A stretch of 64,000 bases of DNA from Minisyncoccota bacterium (GCA_035546615.1 DASZWM010000006.1:128001-192000), one strand, 5' to 3'; shown: positions 1-8,494, counted from the stretch's first letter. Translations and numbers: made by a program. Notes: generated by a model from the sequence alone, not told the origin.

Positions 1-880
1 GGCCGTATACCTCCTTCGCGATGCGGCGGTACAGCTCCTGCACGAATTGCATGCCCGCGCGCATATCCTTATAGGCCTCGTACGACTCCAGCTGCGTGTA
101 GTCCTGCAAATGCTCGCGCGACTGGCCTTCGTTGCGGAAAATGCGCCCTATCTCGAACACTTTCGGGAATCCGGCCACAAGCAGGCGCTTGAGCCAGAGC
201 TCAAGGCTGATGCGCAGGCTCACCTCGATATCGAGCGCGTTATGGTGCGTTTCAAACGGCCGCGCGTCGGCGCCGCCCGGAGTGGACTCGAGCGCCGGCG
301 TTTCCACCTCCAAAAATCCGCGCTCGCGGTAGAAATCGCGCACAACCTGCCAGAACGCGCTCTTGCGCTCGAACATCGCGCGCAGGTCCGGGTCGGTCAG
401 GATGTCGAGATACCGCTGGCGAAGCTTCAGCTCCGGGTCCTCAAGCCCGTGCCAGTTGTCGGGGAGCGGGGAGAGCGATTTGGCAAGCATACGCCAGCTC
501 TTGCACAGGAGCGATTGCTGGCCCTTCTTCGTAGTGAACGAGGTGCCGGATGCTTCTACAAAATCGCCCTGGTCGACGGCCGCGTCGAAGAGCTCGAAGG
601 TACCCTCGGCCATATCGGTCTTCTGGAGCACGAACTGGATGCGCCCCGTGCCGTCGAAAATGTCGGCGAAGGCGATGCCGCCCTGCTTGCGTATGGAAAG
701 GACGCGGCCGGAGAGCGTTTCGGCGCTTTCCGCATGCGATTCAAAATCCGCGAGAAACTCCGCGACACTTTGCGTTCTGTCGGAGTGAACAGGATAGGGG
801 TCTATGCCCGCCGAGCGCAGGAGCTCGAGCTTCTTGAGCCGCTCCGCGCGCATCTCTTCGCCGCTGGTCATGTATTGCAT
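1..880 (-). CDS. lysS: Lysyl-tRNA synthetase (class II), N-terminal part; the gene runs off the window start (C-terminus not in window)
   Basis: Manual reverse-strand translation gives MQYMTSGEEMRAERLKKLELLRSAGIDPYPVH...LRQRYLDILTDPDLRAMFERKSAFWQVVRDFYRERGFLEVETPALES...FEIGRIFRNEGQS (LysRS OB-fold plus class II motifs). The ATG is the reverse complement of 878-880. Absent from the ORF track because it has no in-window stop. Confidence 0.85.
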   Translation of the reverse strand, partial: MQYMTSGEEMRAERLKKLELLRSAGIDPYPVHSDRTQSVAEFLADFESHAESAETLSGRVLSIRKQGGIAFADIFDGTGRIQFVLQKTDMAEGTFELFDAAVDQGDFVEASGTSFTTKKGQQSLLCKSWRMLAKSLSPLPDNWHGLEDPELKLRQRYLDILTDPDLRAMFERKSAFWQVVRDFYRERGFLEVETPALESTPGGADARPFETHHNALDIEVSLRISLELWLKRLLVAGFPKVFEIGRIFRNEGQSREHLQDYTQLESYEAYKDMRAGMQFVQELYRRIAKEVYG

Positions 881-958
881 GATACCAGCACGTATAAAAA
901 GCGAAAGGGCGATGATCCGAAGACCATCGCCCCTTGTTCGCACAGTCTGATTGAAGAG

Positions 959-1384
959 CTAGTCGCAGTCGGTCAGCGAATCGCCGGCTATCGCAAGCGG
1001 CGGGCACGGAGCCCGTACCGCCCGGTAGACGTCGGCCGCCGAAAGCGCGCCGCCCAAGGCCTTGGGCTTCACGGGAAGCCGGTCGGCCTTCCTGCTCTCG
1101 ATCTCAGCCTGCAGAAGGCCGATGTCGAGCGCGGTAAGCGCCGCCTGATCTTCCGGCGAATGGTAATCGTCGTTGGCGATGCGGTCGCCGAGGACGTCAT
1201 TGCCCGGAGAGAGCGTCGGACGCAGGCGCGGCAGTGGCGGATTGAGCGCCGCCGCCTGCGTCAGCGCATGCGTCGCGTCGCCGACCGGGTCGTGTTGGAA
1301 AGCGGCGAAGAATGCCGTGCCCCCCAGGAAGGCGATAGAAGCGAGAAGCCCGATAGTGCCAAGTTTGCGAAAGAACGTGCGCAT
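959..1384 (-). CDS. Hypothetical secreted/membrane-anchored protein (141 aa) upstream of lysS
   Basis: N-terminal hydrophobic segment (MRTFFRKLGTIGLLASIAFLGGTAFFAAF), non-shadow-like composition, AAGGG ~10 nt upstream of the ATG; same strand as lysS. Confidence 0.5.
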   Translation of the reverse strand: MRTFFRKLGTIGLLASIAFLGGTAFFAAFQHDPVGDATHALTQAAALNPPLPRLRPTLSPGNDVLGDRIANDDYHSPEDQAALTALDIGLLQAEIESRKADRLPVKPKALGGALSAADVYRAVRAPCPPLAIAGDSLTDCD

Positions 1385-1574
1385 CTGATGTCTGCCCTTG
1401 GTTGGAGAAAGACACCCCTCTGTCGAATAGTTTTTATTATTTCAGTCCGATTTCAATTATACACCCATATACGCATTTTGTCAAGTAACCGCAGAAGAGA
1501 AAAAGCCCTGGCGGACGGCCTTTTTCGTGTCGAAATGTGTGGATAAAAACCATAGGAGTGGGGTAGAGTGGCGG

Positions 1575-1580
1575 TATACT
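1575..1580 (+). promoter_or_regulatory. Candidate -10 (TATACT) for the mraZ operon, ~57 nt upstream of the mraZ ATG in a locally AT-rich leader
   Basis: TATACT in a lower-GC intergenic stretch upstream of the first dcw gene; no clear -35. Confidence 0.3.
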
Positions 1581-1637
1581 ATCTATTAGTGGGATGAAGT
1601 GGGATAGAGAAAAAGATACGGAATAACCAGAACTGAC

Positions 1638-2072
1638 ATGCTGATCGGCGAATACCTCCATACTCTGGATTCCAAAAAGCGTCTTTCGCTCCCCGCCAAG
1701 TTCCGCAAGGAGGTCGGCCGCAAGGTCGTCATCACGCGCGGGCTCGACCAATGCCTCTTCATGTTCCCGGTCGCGACGTGGAGGGGAATAGCCGAGAAGC
1801 TCGAGAAGCTGCCGTTCGGGCAGGCCGACACGCGCGGCATGAGCAGGTTCCTGCTGGCGGGCGCGGCGGAGGGCGAGGTGGACGGCGCGGGCCGCATCCT
1901 CATCCCCGAGTTCCTCAAGGAGTTCGCGAGCCTCAAGGGCAGGGTGGTGCTGGCGGGCGTGTCGGACCGGGTCGAGATCTGGAACGACAAGACCTGGGAG
2001 GAATACAAGCGCCGCATTGAGAAGAGCGCCGAAGGAATGGCCCAGACCCTGGGCGACATGGGAATACTGTAG
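1638..2072 (+). CDS. mraZ: Transcriptional regulator MraZ
   Basis: Starts MLIGEYLHTLDSKKRLSLPAKFR...; duplicated MraZ/SpoVT-AbrB-like halves; sits in front of rsmH-ftsL-ftsI. Confidence 0.93.
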   Translation: MLIGEYLHTLDSKKRLSLPAKFRKEVGRKVVITRGLDQCLFMFPVATWRGIAEKLEKLPFGQADTRGMSRFLLAGAAEGEVDGAGRILIPEFLKEFASLKGRVVLAGVSDRVEIWNDKTWEEYKRRIEKSAEGMAQTLGDMGIL

Positions 2073-2077
2073 TTCTT

Positions 2078-3067
2078 TTGAAAAAGCACATGATACAGAC
2101 TTTGACTTCCGTTCACGCCAAGCGCCATCTCCGTCGAGAGGAGGATGGTACCCGGCATGAGCGGAAGCCAGAGCCGGTGCACGGCCACGCGAGCGTCCTC
2201 CTGAGCGAAACGCTCGCTTTGCTCGACCTCAAGAAGGGCGAGCTGGTGCTCGACGCCACAGCCGGCCGCGGCGGGCACTCGGAAGCGATACTCAGAGCCG
2301 CCCCCAACTGCCTCATCGCGATGGATGCCGACCCCGAGTCGGTCGCGGCGACGCGCGAGCGCCTCAAGAATTTCGGCGAGCGCGCGCTGGTGGTTGAAGC
2401 GAATTTCCGCGACGCCGCGGCGGTGCTCAAGCGCGAGCACATCAAGGCGGTCGACAAGGCGCTCTTCGACCTCGGATGGAACATGAGCCAGCTTGCCTCC
2501 GGCCGCGGGTTTTCCTTCATGCACGACGAGCCGCTCAGCATGAGCTACGGGCCTCAGCCCGCCTCCGGCTTTACCGCCGCCGAGATCCTCAACAACTGGA
2601 GCGAAAAGGTATTGGCCGATGTCATCTTCGGCTACGGCGAGGAGCGCTACGCGCGGCCCATCGCCCGCGCCATAGCCGCCCGCCGAGACATAGAGCCAAT
2701 CAAGACCACCCATGAGCTGGTTGAAATAATCCGCGACGCCGTGCCGGCACGCGCCCGCCGCGGACGCATCAACCCGGCAACAAAAACGTTCCAGGCCCTG
2801 CGCATCGCGGTCAACGACGAATTGGGCAGCATCGAGAAGGGGGTCCGCGGCGCGTGGCGGCATCTCAGCCCCGGCGGACGCATCGCGGTCATCAGCTTCC
2901 ACAGCATCGAGGACCGCGCCGTGAAGAACCTCCTGCGCGCGCTGGCCCGGGAAGAGGGCGGGAAGCTCATTACCAAGAAGCCGCTGGTCGCCTCGCGCGA
3001 AGAGGCGCTCGCCAATCCGTCGGCGCGCAGCGCCAAGCTGCGCGCCATAGAGAAGCCTATTAATTAA
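2078..3067 (+). CDS. rsmH: 16S rRNA (cytosine1402-N4)-methyltransferase RsmH/MraW. Start uncertain (TTG at 2078, ATG at 2090 or GTG ~2174)
   Basis: HASVLLSETL...LDATAGRGGHSEAIL...LFDLGWNMSQL...ISFHSIEDRAVKN motifs; dcw position. Confidence 0.9.
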   Translation: MKKHMIQTLTSVHAKRHLRREEDGTRHERKPEPVHGHASVLLSETLALLDLKKGELVLDATAGRGGHSEAILRAAPNCLIAMDADPESVAATRERLKNFGERALVVEANFRDAAAVLKREHIKAVDKALFDLGWNMSQLASGRGFSFMHDEPLSMSYGPQPASGFTAAEILNNWSEKVLADVIFGYGEERYARPIARAIAARRDIEPIKTTHELVEIIRDAVPARARRGRINPATKTFQALRIAVNDELGSIEKGVRGAWRHLSPGGRIAVISFHSIEDRAVKNLLRALAREEGGKLITKKPLVASREEALANPSARSAKLRAIEKPIN

Positions 3068-3078
3068 TTTTTATAGAT

Positions 3079-3405
3079 ATGAAAAGCATCGCCATCGCCT
3101 GCACCCCGTACCTCGCCCGCACAAGCGCCGTGCTTGCCGCCGTCATCGCGCTCAGCGTGCTTCTGTACGGCGTATTTTTGCTTGAGGCGGTAGCCAATAC
3201 CGCCAAGCGCACTGCCGCCGAGCGGACCGTGCGCGAGATAGCTTCGCGCGTCTCCGCCCTTGAAGGCCAATACCTGACGCATACCCAGGCGCTCACGCTC
3301 GCCCGCGCCACTGACCTGGGATTCGTCGTACCCGCCGACTCCACGACCGTCTTCGCCTCCGAAGGCGCCCGCACGCTCACTGCCTCCGCCGTGGGAAGCC
3401 GCTAA
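3079..3405 (+). CDS. ftsL: Cell division protein FtsL-like (small single-pass membrane protein)
   Basis: 108 aa, N-terminal TM helix (AVLAAVIALSVLLYGVFLL), located between rsmH and ftsI. Confidence 0.7.
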   Translation: MKSIAIACTPYLARTSAVLAAVIALSVLLYGVFLLEAVANTAKRTAAERTVREIASRVSALEGQYLTHTQALTLARATDLGFVVPADSTTVFASEGARTLTASAVGSR

Positions 3406-3410
3406 CGCGC

Positions 3411-4931
3411 ATGACGAGCTCCCGCTTCGCCGTGCGCATCCGGATAATCACCGCGCTGTGCGCGCTGTGCGCGCTTGTCATCGCGGGCCGGCTCTACGTG
3501 CTGCAGATAATGCACGGCGATATGTACGCGGCGCGGGCGCAGGTGCAGGCCGCGCCGCAGGCGGACCCGATTCTCGACCGCAACGCCATTCTTTTTACCG
3601 ACAAGGACGGCGAGCCGTGGACCGCGGCGTTCATGGACCGCGCCACGACCACAGGCGAATACAAGCGCTCATATCCGGGGGGCTCCTTGGCGGCGCAGGA
3701 GATAGGCTTCGTCGCGTACAACAACGACAACACGCAGAAGGGACGCTACGGGCTTGAGCGCTACTACGACCAGACATTGACCCGACCCGCCGACGACCTG
3801 TACGCCAACTTTTTCGTGGAACTGTTCGGCGCCGCGCGCGCGGCGCTGTCGGGCGACGACCTTTCCGGCAGCATCGTCACCACCTTGGAGCCCGGCGTAC
3901 AGGCCGAGCTTGAGCGCACGCTGAAGGGCTACGACAAGGTATGGCATCCGAAGCTCTCGGGCGGCATCATCATGGATCCGCAGAGCGGCGAGATATACGC
4001 CATGGCCGTATCGCCGACGTTCGACCTCAACGCGTTCAACCTGGAGACGGACCCGCTCATTTACGCCAATCCGCTGGTGCAGAACGTGTACGAGATGGGC
4101 TCAATCATGAAGCCGCTCACGGTCGCGGCCGGCATCGATTCCGGCGCGATAACACCCGCCAGCACCTACAACGACACCGGCTGCATCGAGGTGGACGAAA
4201 AGAGGATCTGCAATTTCGACGGCGTCGCGCGAGGCGTCATCCCCGTGCAGGAGATACTCAGCCAATCCCTCAACGTCGGCGCGTCGTTCGTGGCGACCAA
4301 GATGGGCCCGGACGTGATGCGCGATTATTTTTTGAACCGCTATAAGCTGGGCGAGGAGACCGGAGTGGACCTGCCGGGCGAGATCCACGGCCTCACCGAC
4401 AATATTAAAAAGAGCACGCGCGCGGTCGAATACGACACCGCGTCCTTCGGCCAGGGCATCGCCATCACGCCTATCGAGACCGTGCGCGCGCTCGCCACGC
4501 TGGGGAACGGCGGCAAGCTCGTGACCCCGCACCTGGTGCGCGCCATCCGCTACGACACCGGCATTACCCGCACGCTCACGTGGGGGCAGGTGCCCGCGCT
4601 CAAGCCCCAGACCGCCACGGATGTCAGCCGCATGCTGACGCAGGTGGTGGACAAGGCGCTCGCAAACGGCGACATCAGGCTGGAGCACTACTCCGTGGCG
4701 GCCAAGACGGGGACGGCGCAGATTGCTAACCCGGCGGGCGGCGGCTATTATGCGGACAGGTTCCTGCACAGCTTCTTCGGATATTTCCCCTCCTACGACG
4801 CGAAGTTCGTCATCTTCCTCTTCGCGGTGGAGCCCACCGGCGCGCCCTTCGCCTCCCAGACGTGGGCCGAGCCGTTCCATTCGCTCACGCAATTCCTTAT
4901 AAGCTATTACGACGTCCCGCCGGACCGCTAG
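3411..4931 (+). CDS. ftsI: Peptidoglycan D,D-transpeptidase FtsI / class B penicillin-binding protein
   Basis: N-terminal TM anchor; transpeptidase motifs SIMKP (SxxK), SLN (SxN), KTGTA (KTG); dcw context. Confidence 0.9.
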   Translation: MTSSRFAVRIRIITALCALCALVIAGRLYVLQIMHGDMYAARAQVQAAPQADPILDRNAILFTDKDGEPWTAAFMDRATTTGEYKRSYPGGSLAAQEIGFVAYNNDNTQKGRYGLERYYDQTLTRPADDLYANFFVELFGAARAALSGDDLSGSIVTTLEPGVQAELERTLKGYDKVWHPKLSGGIIMDPQSGEIYAMAVSPTFDLNAFNLETDPLIYANPLVQNVYEMGSIMKPLTVAAGIDSGAITPASTYNDTGCIEVDEKRICNFDGVARGVIPVQEILSQSLNVGASFVATKMGPDVMRDYFLNRYKLGEETGVDLPGEIHGLTDNIKKSTRAVEYDTASFGQGIAITPIETVRALATLGNGGKLVTPHLVRAIRYDTGITRTLTWGQVPALKPQTATDVSRMLTQVVDKALANGDIRLEHYSVAAKTGTAQIANPAGGGYYADRFLHSFFGYFPSYDAKFVIFLFAVEPTGAPFASQTWAEPFHSLTQFLISYYDVPPDR

Positions 4932-4943
4932 CCCGATTCAACC

Positions 4944-6233
4944 ATGCAAGCATTTTTCAAAAAATCAGTAGCGAGACTTTTAAAGCTCGAAGCGCGCCTC
5001 GTTCTGCGCAAATACAAGCCCCGCATCGTCGCGGTGACCGGCAGCGTGGGGAAGACCTCCACCAAGGACGCCATCTACGCGGTGGTGTCCAAGGGCGTAT
5101 ACGCGCGCAAATCGCAGAAGAGCTTCAACAGCGAGATAGGCCTGCCGCTGACCGTGTTGGGACAGCCTAACGCCTGGCGCAATCCTTTTCGCTGGATCGA
5201 GAACCTGTTCGACGGGCTCATGCTGTATGTGCTTCCGAGGCGCTATCCGGAATGGCTCGTGCTCGAGGCCGGCGCCGACCGGCCGGGCGACATCTCGTCG
5301 CTCTCTTCGTGGCTTCCGGTGGATATCGCGGTCATTACGCGCCTGCCGGAGGTGCCCGTACATGTTGAATACTTTGACTCGCCGGAGGCGGTAAAGGAAG
5401 AGAAGGCCTCGCTGATACGCGCGCTTAAGGAGGGCGGCTCCCTGGTGCTCTATGCCGATGATAAGGAGGTGGCCGGCTTGCGCGAGCGCGCTGCAACTGC
5501 CCGTGTCACAACGTTCGGCTTCCATGAGGATGCGGATGTCCGCGCGCACGACGCGCGCGTATCGTTGGACGAGCACGGCCGGCCCGCCGGCATGGTGTCG
5601 CAGATAACAATGGCGGGGAAGACCGCGGAACTGGTCGTGAAAGGCGCCTTGGGCGCGCACGCGCTTCTGCCCGCGCTCGCCGCGGCGGGCGTCGGTCTTG
5701 CGATGGGGAAGGGGGAAGGCGAGATACTGGAGTCGCTCAAGGGCTACGAGCCGCCGCACGGCAGGATGCACCTGATACCCGGCCTCAAGGGCACGCTCAT
5801 TATCGACGACACGTACAACTCAAGCCCCGCGGCGGTCGAAGCCGCGCTCGCTGCGCTGGCGCTTGTGCCGGGTCGCAAGATAGCGGTGCTGGGCGACATG
5901 CTCGAGCTGGGCCGGCATTCGGTGGACGAGCACCGCAAGGCGGGAGCGTGGGCGGCCAAGGTCGCTGACGCGCTCATTACCGTGGGCTTCCGCGCGCGCG
6001 ATATCGCCGAAGGCGCGCTTGACTCCGGCATGCGGGATTCGCAGATACTCCAGTTCGAGGATGCGGGCCCGGCCGGCAAGGAGCTTGAGCTGATGCTTCA
6101 GGCGGGGGATATCATTTTGATAAAAGGCTCGCAGAGCATGCGCATGGAGCGCATGGTCGAGGAGATAATGCTCAATCCCGAGCAGGCGCCGCATCTCCTC
6201 GTGCGCCAGGATGCGGAGTGGAAAAAACGCTAA
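4944..6233 (+). CDS. murF: UDP-N-acetylmuramoyl-tripeptide--D-alanyl-D-alanine ligase MurF (Mur ligase family)
   Basis: P-loop VTGSVGKTSTK; DDTYNSSP (cf. DDSYNANP); C-terminus GDMLELG...KGSQSMRMERMVEEI aligns with the MurF C-terminal pattern, not the MurE DNPR motif. Confidence 0.85.
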   Translation: MQAFFKKSVARLLKLEARLVLRKYKPRIVAVTGSVGKTSTKDAIYAVVSKGVYARKSQKSFNSEIGLPLTVLGQPNAWRNPFRWIENLFDGLMLYVLPRRYPEWLVLEAGADRPGDISSLSSWLPVDIAVITRLPEVPVHVEYFDSPEAVKEEKASLIRALKEGGSLVLYADDKEVAGLRERAATARVTTFGFHEDADVRAHDARVSLDEHGRPAGMVSQITMAGKTAELVVKGALGAHALLPALAAAGVGLAMGKGEGEILESLKGYEPPHGRMHLIPGLKGTLIIDDTYNSSPAAVEAALAALALVPGRKIAVLGDMLELGRHSVDEHRKAGAWAAKVADALITVGFRARDIAEGALDSGMRDSQILQFEDAGPAGKELELMLQAGDIILIKGSQSMRMERMVEEIMLNPEQAPHLLVRQDAEWKKR

Positions 6234-6400
6234 TTGATTACCGTTTTTTCCGATCTCGAGTCCGCGAGAGAATCGGCGATGTTTGTCATACAAACAGCCG
6301 ATAGGCGGGACACCACGGTAATTGCTTTTATTTAATAGCCGTGGTTTAATGCCTCCCGCTGCATTGGGCAGCATTCGATCTTTAACGGGGAGGAAAAGGA

Positions 6401-6718
6401 ATGCAGGTAGTCGCACGCGCGGCACGCAACGGTTTTTCGTTCAGCCAGACCCGCCAGGAAACGGCAGCACGCATTGCGGCCGCCGAAGCCGGGAAGAACG
6501 GTAAAAACACGCCTTCCGCGAAAGCGGAGCTTCGCGAACGGGTCGCCAAAGCCAAGGAGTTCAAGCCCGTCCCGGGCAAGAAGCGTCCGAAGGTTCTGGC
6601 CGGCGGAAAAATCTTCAGCGTCTCGCGCATCTGCGAGAACACGGGCACCGTGTTCCTGCTCGGGAAGAACGGCCATGAAAAGCCGTACAGCCCCGGCGTT
6701 CTCACTTCCATTTTCTGA
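6401..6718 (+). CDS. Hypothetical small basic protein (105 aa)
   Basis: Strong SD (GGGGAGG, 7 nt before the ATG) and terminators downstream. Lys/Arg-rich N-terminus, C-terminus KVLAGGKIFSVSRICENTGTVFLLGKNGHEK. No family recognised. Confidence 0.5.
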   Translation: MQVVARAARNGFSFSQTRQETAARIAAAEAGKNGKNTPSAKAELRERVAKAKEFKPVPGKKRPKVLAGGKIFSVSRICENTGTVFLLGKNGHEKPYSPGVLTSIF

Positions 6719-6740
6719 CCGTTTTCGCGGTCACTTGTGG

Positions 6741-6768
6741 CCGGCGCGTAAAGCGCCGGCCATTTTGC
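6741..6768 (+). terminator. Rho-independent terminator (GGCCGGCGCGTAAAGCGCCGGCC plus T-run), preceded by a second small hairpin at ~6719-6738
   Basis: Perfect GC stem followed by ATTTT. Confidence 0.7.
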
Positions 6769-6843
6769 ATAGTTGCGTGGAGGCTTGAACCGTTGTTAAA
6801 TATGGCATCTCCCCATTGCGGCGGAGACTGATCATTGGGAGGT

Positions 6844-7155
6844 ACTGTGAGCTATTGGCAGCAACCGGACTGGATCCGGCGGAGAAACGATATGGCATTG
6901 GCGCGGGTGATCGATGAGGCAGAACCTACGCCTCATCAGGACAGGATTGCCCGAGAGCGGGAGATCCTCCAGAAACTCATTCACGGGAAGGACTTTTTCG
7001 GGGGAGAGACCTTCTTCCGAAAAGGCAATCAGTCCTACTATGGCACGGTCAAAAGCGCTGACGTTCTCACGGGGCGTGTGCTCGTGGAGGAACAACTGAC
7101 GGGTCTCGGCATGTATGCGTGGCCGTCCGAGCTTAGCGTTTTCCGCGGGCATTAG
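6844..7155 (+). CDS. Hypothetical protein (~103 aa). Start ambiguous: TTG 6835, GTG 6844 after GGGAGGT, or ATG ~6892 after GGAGA
   Basis: SD-like GGGAGGT/GGAGA before the candidate starts; sequence ...DFFGGETFFRKGNQSYYGTVKSADVLTGRVLVEEQLTGLGMYAW. No family recognised. Confidence 0.45.
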   Translation, partial: TVSYWQQPDWIRRRNDMALARVIDEAEPTPHQDRIAREREILQKLIHGKDFFGGETFFRKGNQSYYGTVKSADVLTGRVLVEEQLTGLGMYAWPSELSVFRGH

Positions 7156-7162
7156 GGTTGGA

Positions 7163-7261
7163 AATGAACCAGCCGCATCGATGCCAGGACCGCACAAAGG
7201 TCCTTAAGCCGGCCAAGAAAAAGAGGCGGCGAGCCCGCATCAAGCCGGCGAAGAAGAAGTA
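7163..7261 (+). CDS. Candidate very small, highly basic peptide (32 aa: MNQPHRCQDRTKVLKPAKKKRRRARIKPAKKK)
   Basis: ATG 8 nt after the upstream stop, preceded by GGTTGGAA, and directly followed by a terminator. Below the ORF-track size cutoff. Coding status unproven. Confidence 0.25.
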
Positions 7262-7288
7262 GCCTGCCGGAACGGCAGATAATGATAG

Positions 7289-7322
7289 AGGGGCGCGGCA
7301 TTCTCCGCGCTCTTTCTTTTTC
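7289..7322 (+). terminator. Rho-independent terminator (GCGCGG...CCGCGC plus TTTCTTTTTCTC), preceded by a CTGCCG/CGGCAG hairpin
   Basis: GC stem plus a long T-rich tract. Confidence 0.65.
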
Positions 7323-7424
7323 TCTATTTTTGTTTTATATTCTTTACACGGCCCTTGGTGCAAAGCACCAAGGTAGTCGCTCGGGGCAAAAAGAAAAGCA
7401 AACTTTTCTTTTCTTCCTCGCTCC

Positions 7425-7496
7425 GGCCCTTTCGTCTAACGGTTAGGACAGTTCCCTCTCACGGAACAAATACGGGTTCGATTCCCGTAGGGGTCA
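7425..7496 (+). tRNA. tRNA-Glu (anticodon CTC)
   Basis: Cloverleaf folded by hand: acceptor GGCCCTT/AGGGGTC (two G-U pairs), D-arm GTCT/GGAC, anticodon stem GTTCC/GGAAC with loop CTCTCAC, T-arm ACGGG-TTCGATT-CCCGT, discriminator A, no encoded CCA. Strong similarity to E. coli tRNA-Glu (TTCGTCTA...AGGACA). Confidence 0.85.
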
Positions 7497-7507
7497 TGAG
7501 ACCGAAA

Positions 7508-7531
7508 AAAGCCCACTGCTGGGCTTTTTTC
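7508..7531 (+). terminator. Rho-independent terminator after tRNA-Glu (AGCCCACTGCTGGGCT plus TTTTTT)
   Basis: Stem-loop plus T6. Confidence 0.8.
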
Positions 7532-7556
7532 GTGTACTCATGACAGACGGAAGCAT

Positions 7557-7890
7557 GTTTCTTCAGCAGAAGAAACAGCTGAGTCAGGGTCGTGGAAATT
7601 CAATCGCGACGGCGAGTGAATTATCCATGACCACGTGTGACGGCCGGAGCCATGTTTTGTTAGCAAACAAAACAGGCGAGTCCGGGTCTGGAAAATTTCT
7701 GTTTGACGAAACAGAAATTATTGTGGACCACCCGTGAGGCCGCAGCCATGTCCCGCAACGGCGGGACGGCGAGGCGGGGTCGCGAGCGAAATTTCTGACG
7801 AGAAATTTCGACTTGTGACCACAAAAAGTCCTATAAGAGGTCGGGGCCGCGAGATTTTTCCGTCAGGAAAAATACTTGTGACCCCATGTG
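7557..7890. repeat. Degenerate tandem array of five AT-rich perfect palindromes (8-12 bp stems, 3-6 nt loops) interleaved with GC-rich spacers that share GCGAG...ACTTGTGACC(A/C)C flanks
   Basis: Palindromes at 7557-7576 (GTTTCTTC-AGCA-GAAGAAAC), 7653-7670 (TTTTGTTAGCAAACAAAA), 7691-7718 (AAATTTCTGTTTGACGAAACAGAAATT), 7786-7809 (CGAAATTTCTGACGAGAAATTTCG), 7853-7872 (ATTTTTCCGTCAGGAAAAAT). Recurring flanks ACTTGTGACCAC, ACTTGTGACCCC, ATTGTGGACCAC, CCATGACCACGTGTGAC. A coding frame through the region is implausible. Confidence 0.7.
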
Positions 7891-7898
7891 ACAGCCGG

Positions 7899-7907
7899 TG
7901 GTATTCT
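7899..7907 (+). promoter_or_regulatory. Extended -10 promoter (TGGTATTCT) 8 nt upstream of the mpg ATG; near-leaderless transcript predicted
   Basis: TGn plus TAnnnT hexamer; no SD before the ATG at 7916. Confidence 0.5.
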
Positions 7908-7915
7908 AGAGCCGT

Positions 7916-8446
7916 ATGAAGAAAGTCCTCGGTCCCGAATTTTTCAACCGCCCGACGCTCACGGTCGCCCGCGAGCTTGTGGGCAAATATCTGGTGCGCC
8001 GCTCCAACGGCAAAACCATAGCTCTGAGTATTACCGAAACGGAGGCGTATGACGGCTTTAAGGACCTTGCGTCCCACGCCCGCCGCGGCAAGACCCCGCG
8101 AAATCTCCCGATGTACGCTCCGGCCGGCACTATATATGTGTACTTCACCTACGGCATGCACTGGATGCTCAATCTGGTATGCGGGGAATCTGAATATCCC
8201 GCCGCCGTGCTTATTCGCGGCGCCGGAGAGGTAGTAGGACCCGCCCGGCTTACAAAAGCGCTGGGGATAGATAAAAGCCTCAACGCGATGATGCTGGGCA
8301 AAAAATCGGGCTTGTGGGTCGAAGACAGGGGAGAAACGGTACGGCCGAAAGATATCGAGCGCACGCCGCGCATCGGCATTGCATACGCGGGCGAGTACGC
8401 GTGCAAGCCCTGGAGGTTCGTGCTCAAAGGGGGCCAGCGAATGTAA
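7916..8446 (+). CDS. mpg: DNA-3-methyladenine glycosylase (Mpg/AAG family)
   Basis: LGPEFFNRPTLTVARELVGKYLV...TETEAYDGFKDLASHARRGKTPRN..MYAPAGTIYVY..YGMHWMLNLV matches the MPG family signature. Confidence 0.88.
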   Translation: MKKVLGPEFFNRPTLTVARELVGKYLVRRSNGKTIALSITETEAYDGFKDLASHARRGKTPRNLPMYAPAGTIYVYFTYGMHWMLNLVCGESEYPAAVLIRGAGEVVGPARLTKALGIDKSLNAMMLGKKSGLWVEDRGETVRPKDIERTPRIGIAYAGEYACKPWRFVLKGGQRM

Positions 8447-8481
8447 AAGCGCGGGCCGGGAATTCCCAGGCCCGCGCTGCC
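8447..8481. terminator. Bidirectional hairpin terminator between the convergent mpg and the 8495-8761 gene (GCGCGGGCC-GGGAATTCCC-GGCCCGCGC)
   Basis: 9-bp GC stem with a palindromic loop. Confidence 0.6.
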
Positions 8482-8494
8482 GGCGGAAACTACC

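Noticed and set aside
47-1546. 499-aa plus-strand ORF
   Set aside because: R/A/L-rich antisense shadow of the minus-strand lysS (1-880) and of the 959-1384 gene; no protein-like motifs.
1586-2902. 438-aa minus-strand ORF opposite mraZ/rsmH
   Set aside because: Antisense shadow of two well-supported dcw genes; Ala/Arg/Gly-rich.
4101-5771. Minus-strand ORFs 4101-4892 and 4980-5771
   Set aside because: Antisense to ftsI and murF; typical high-GC shadow composition.
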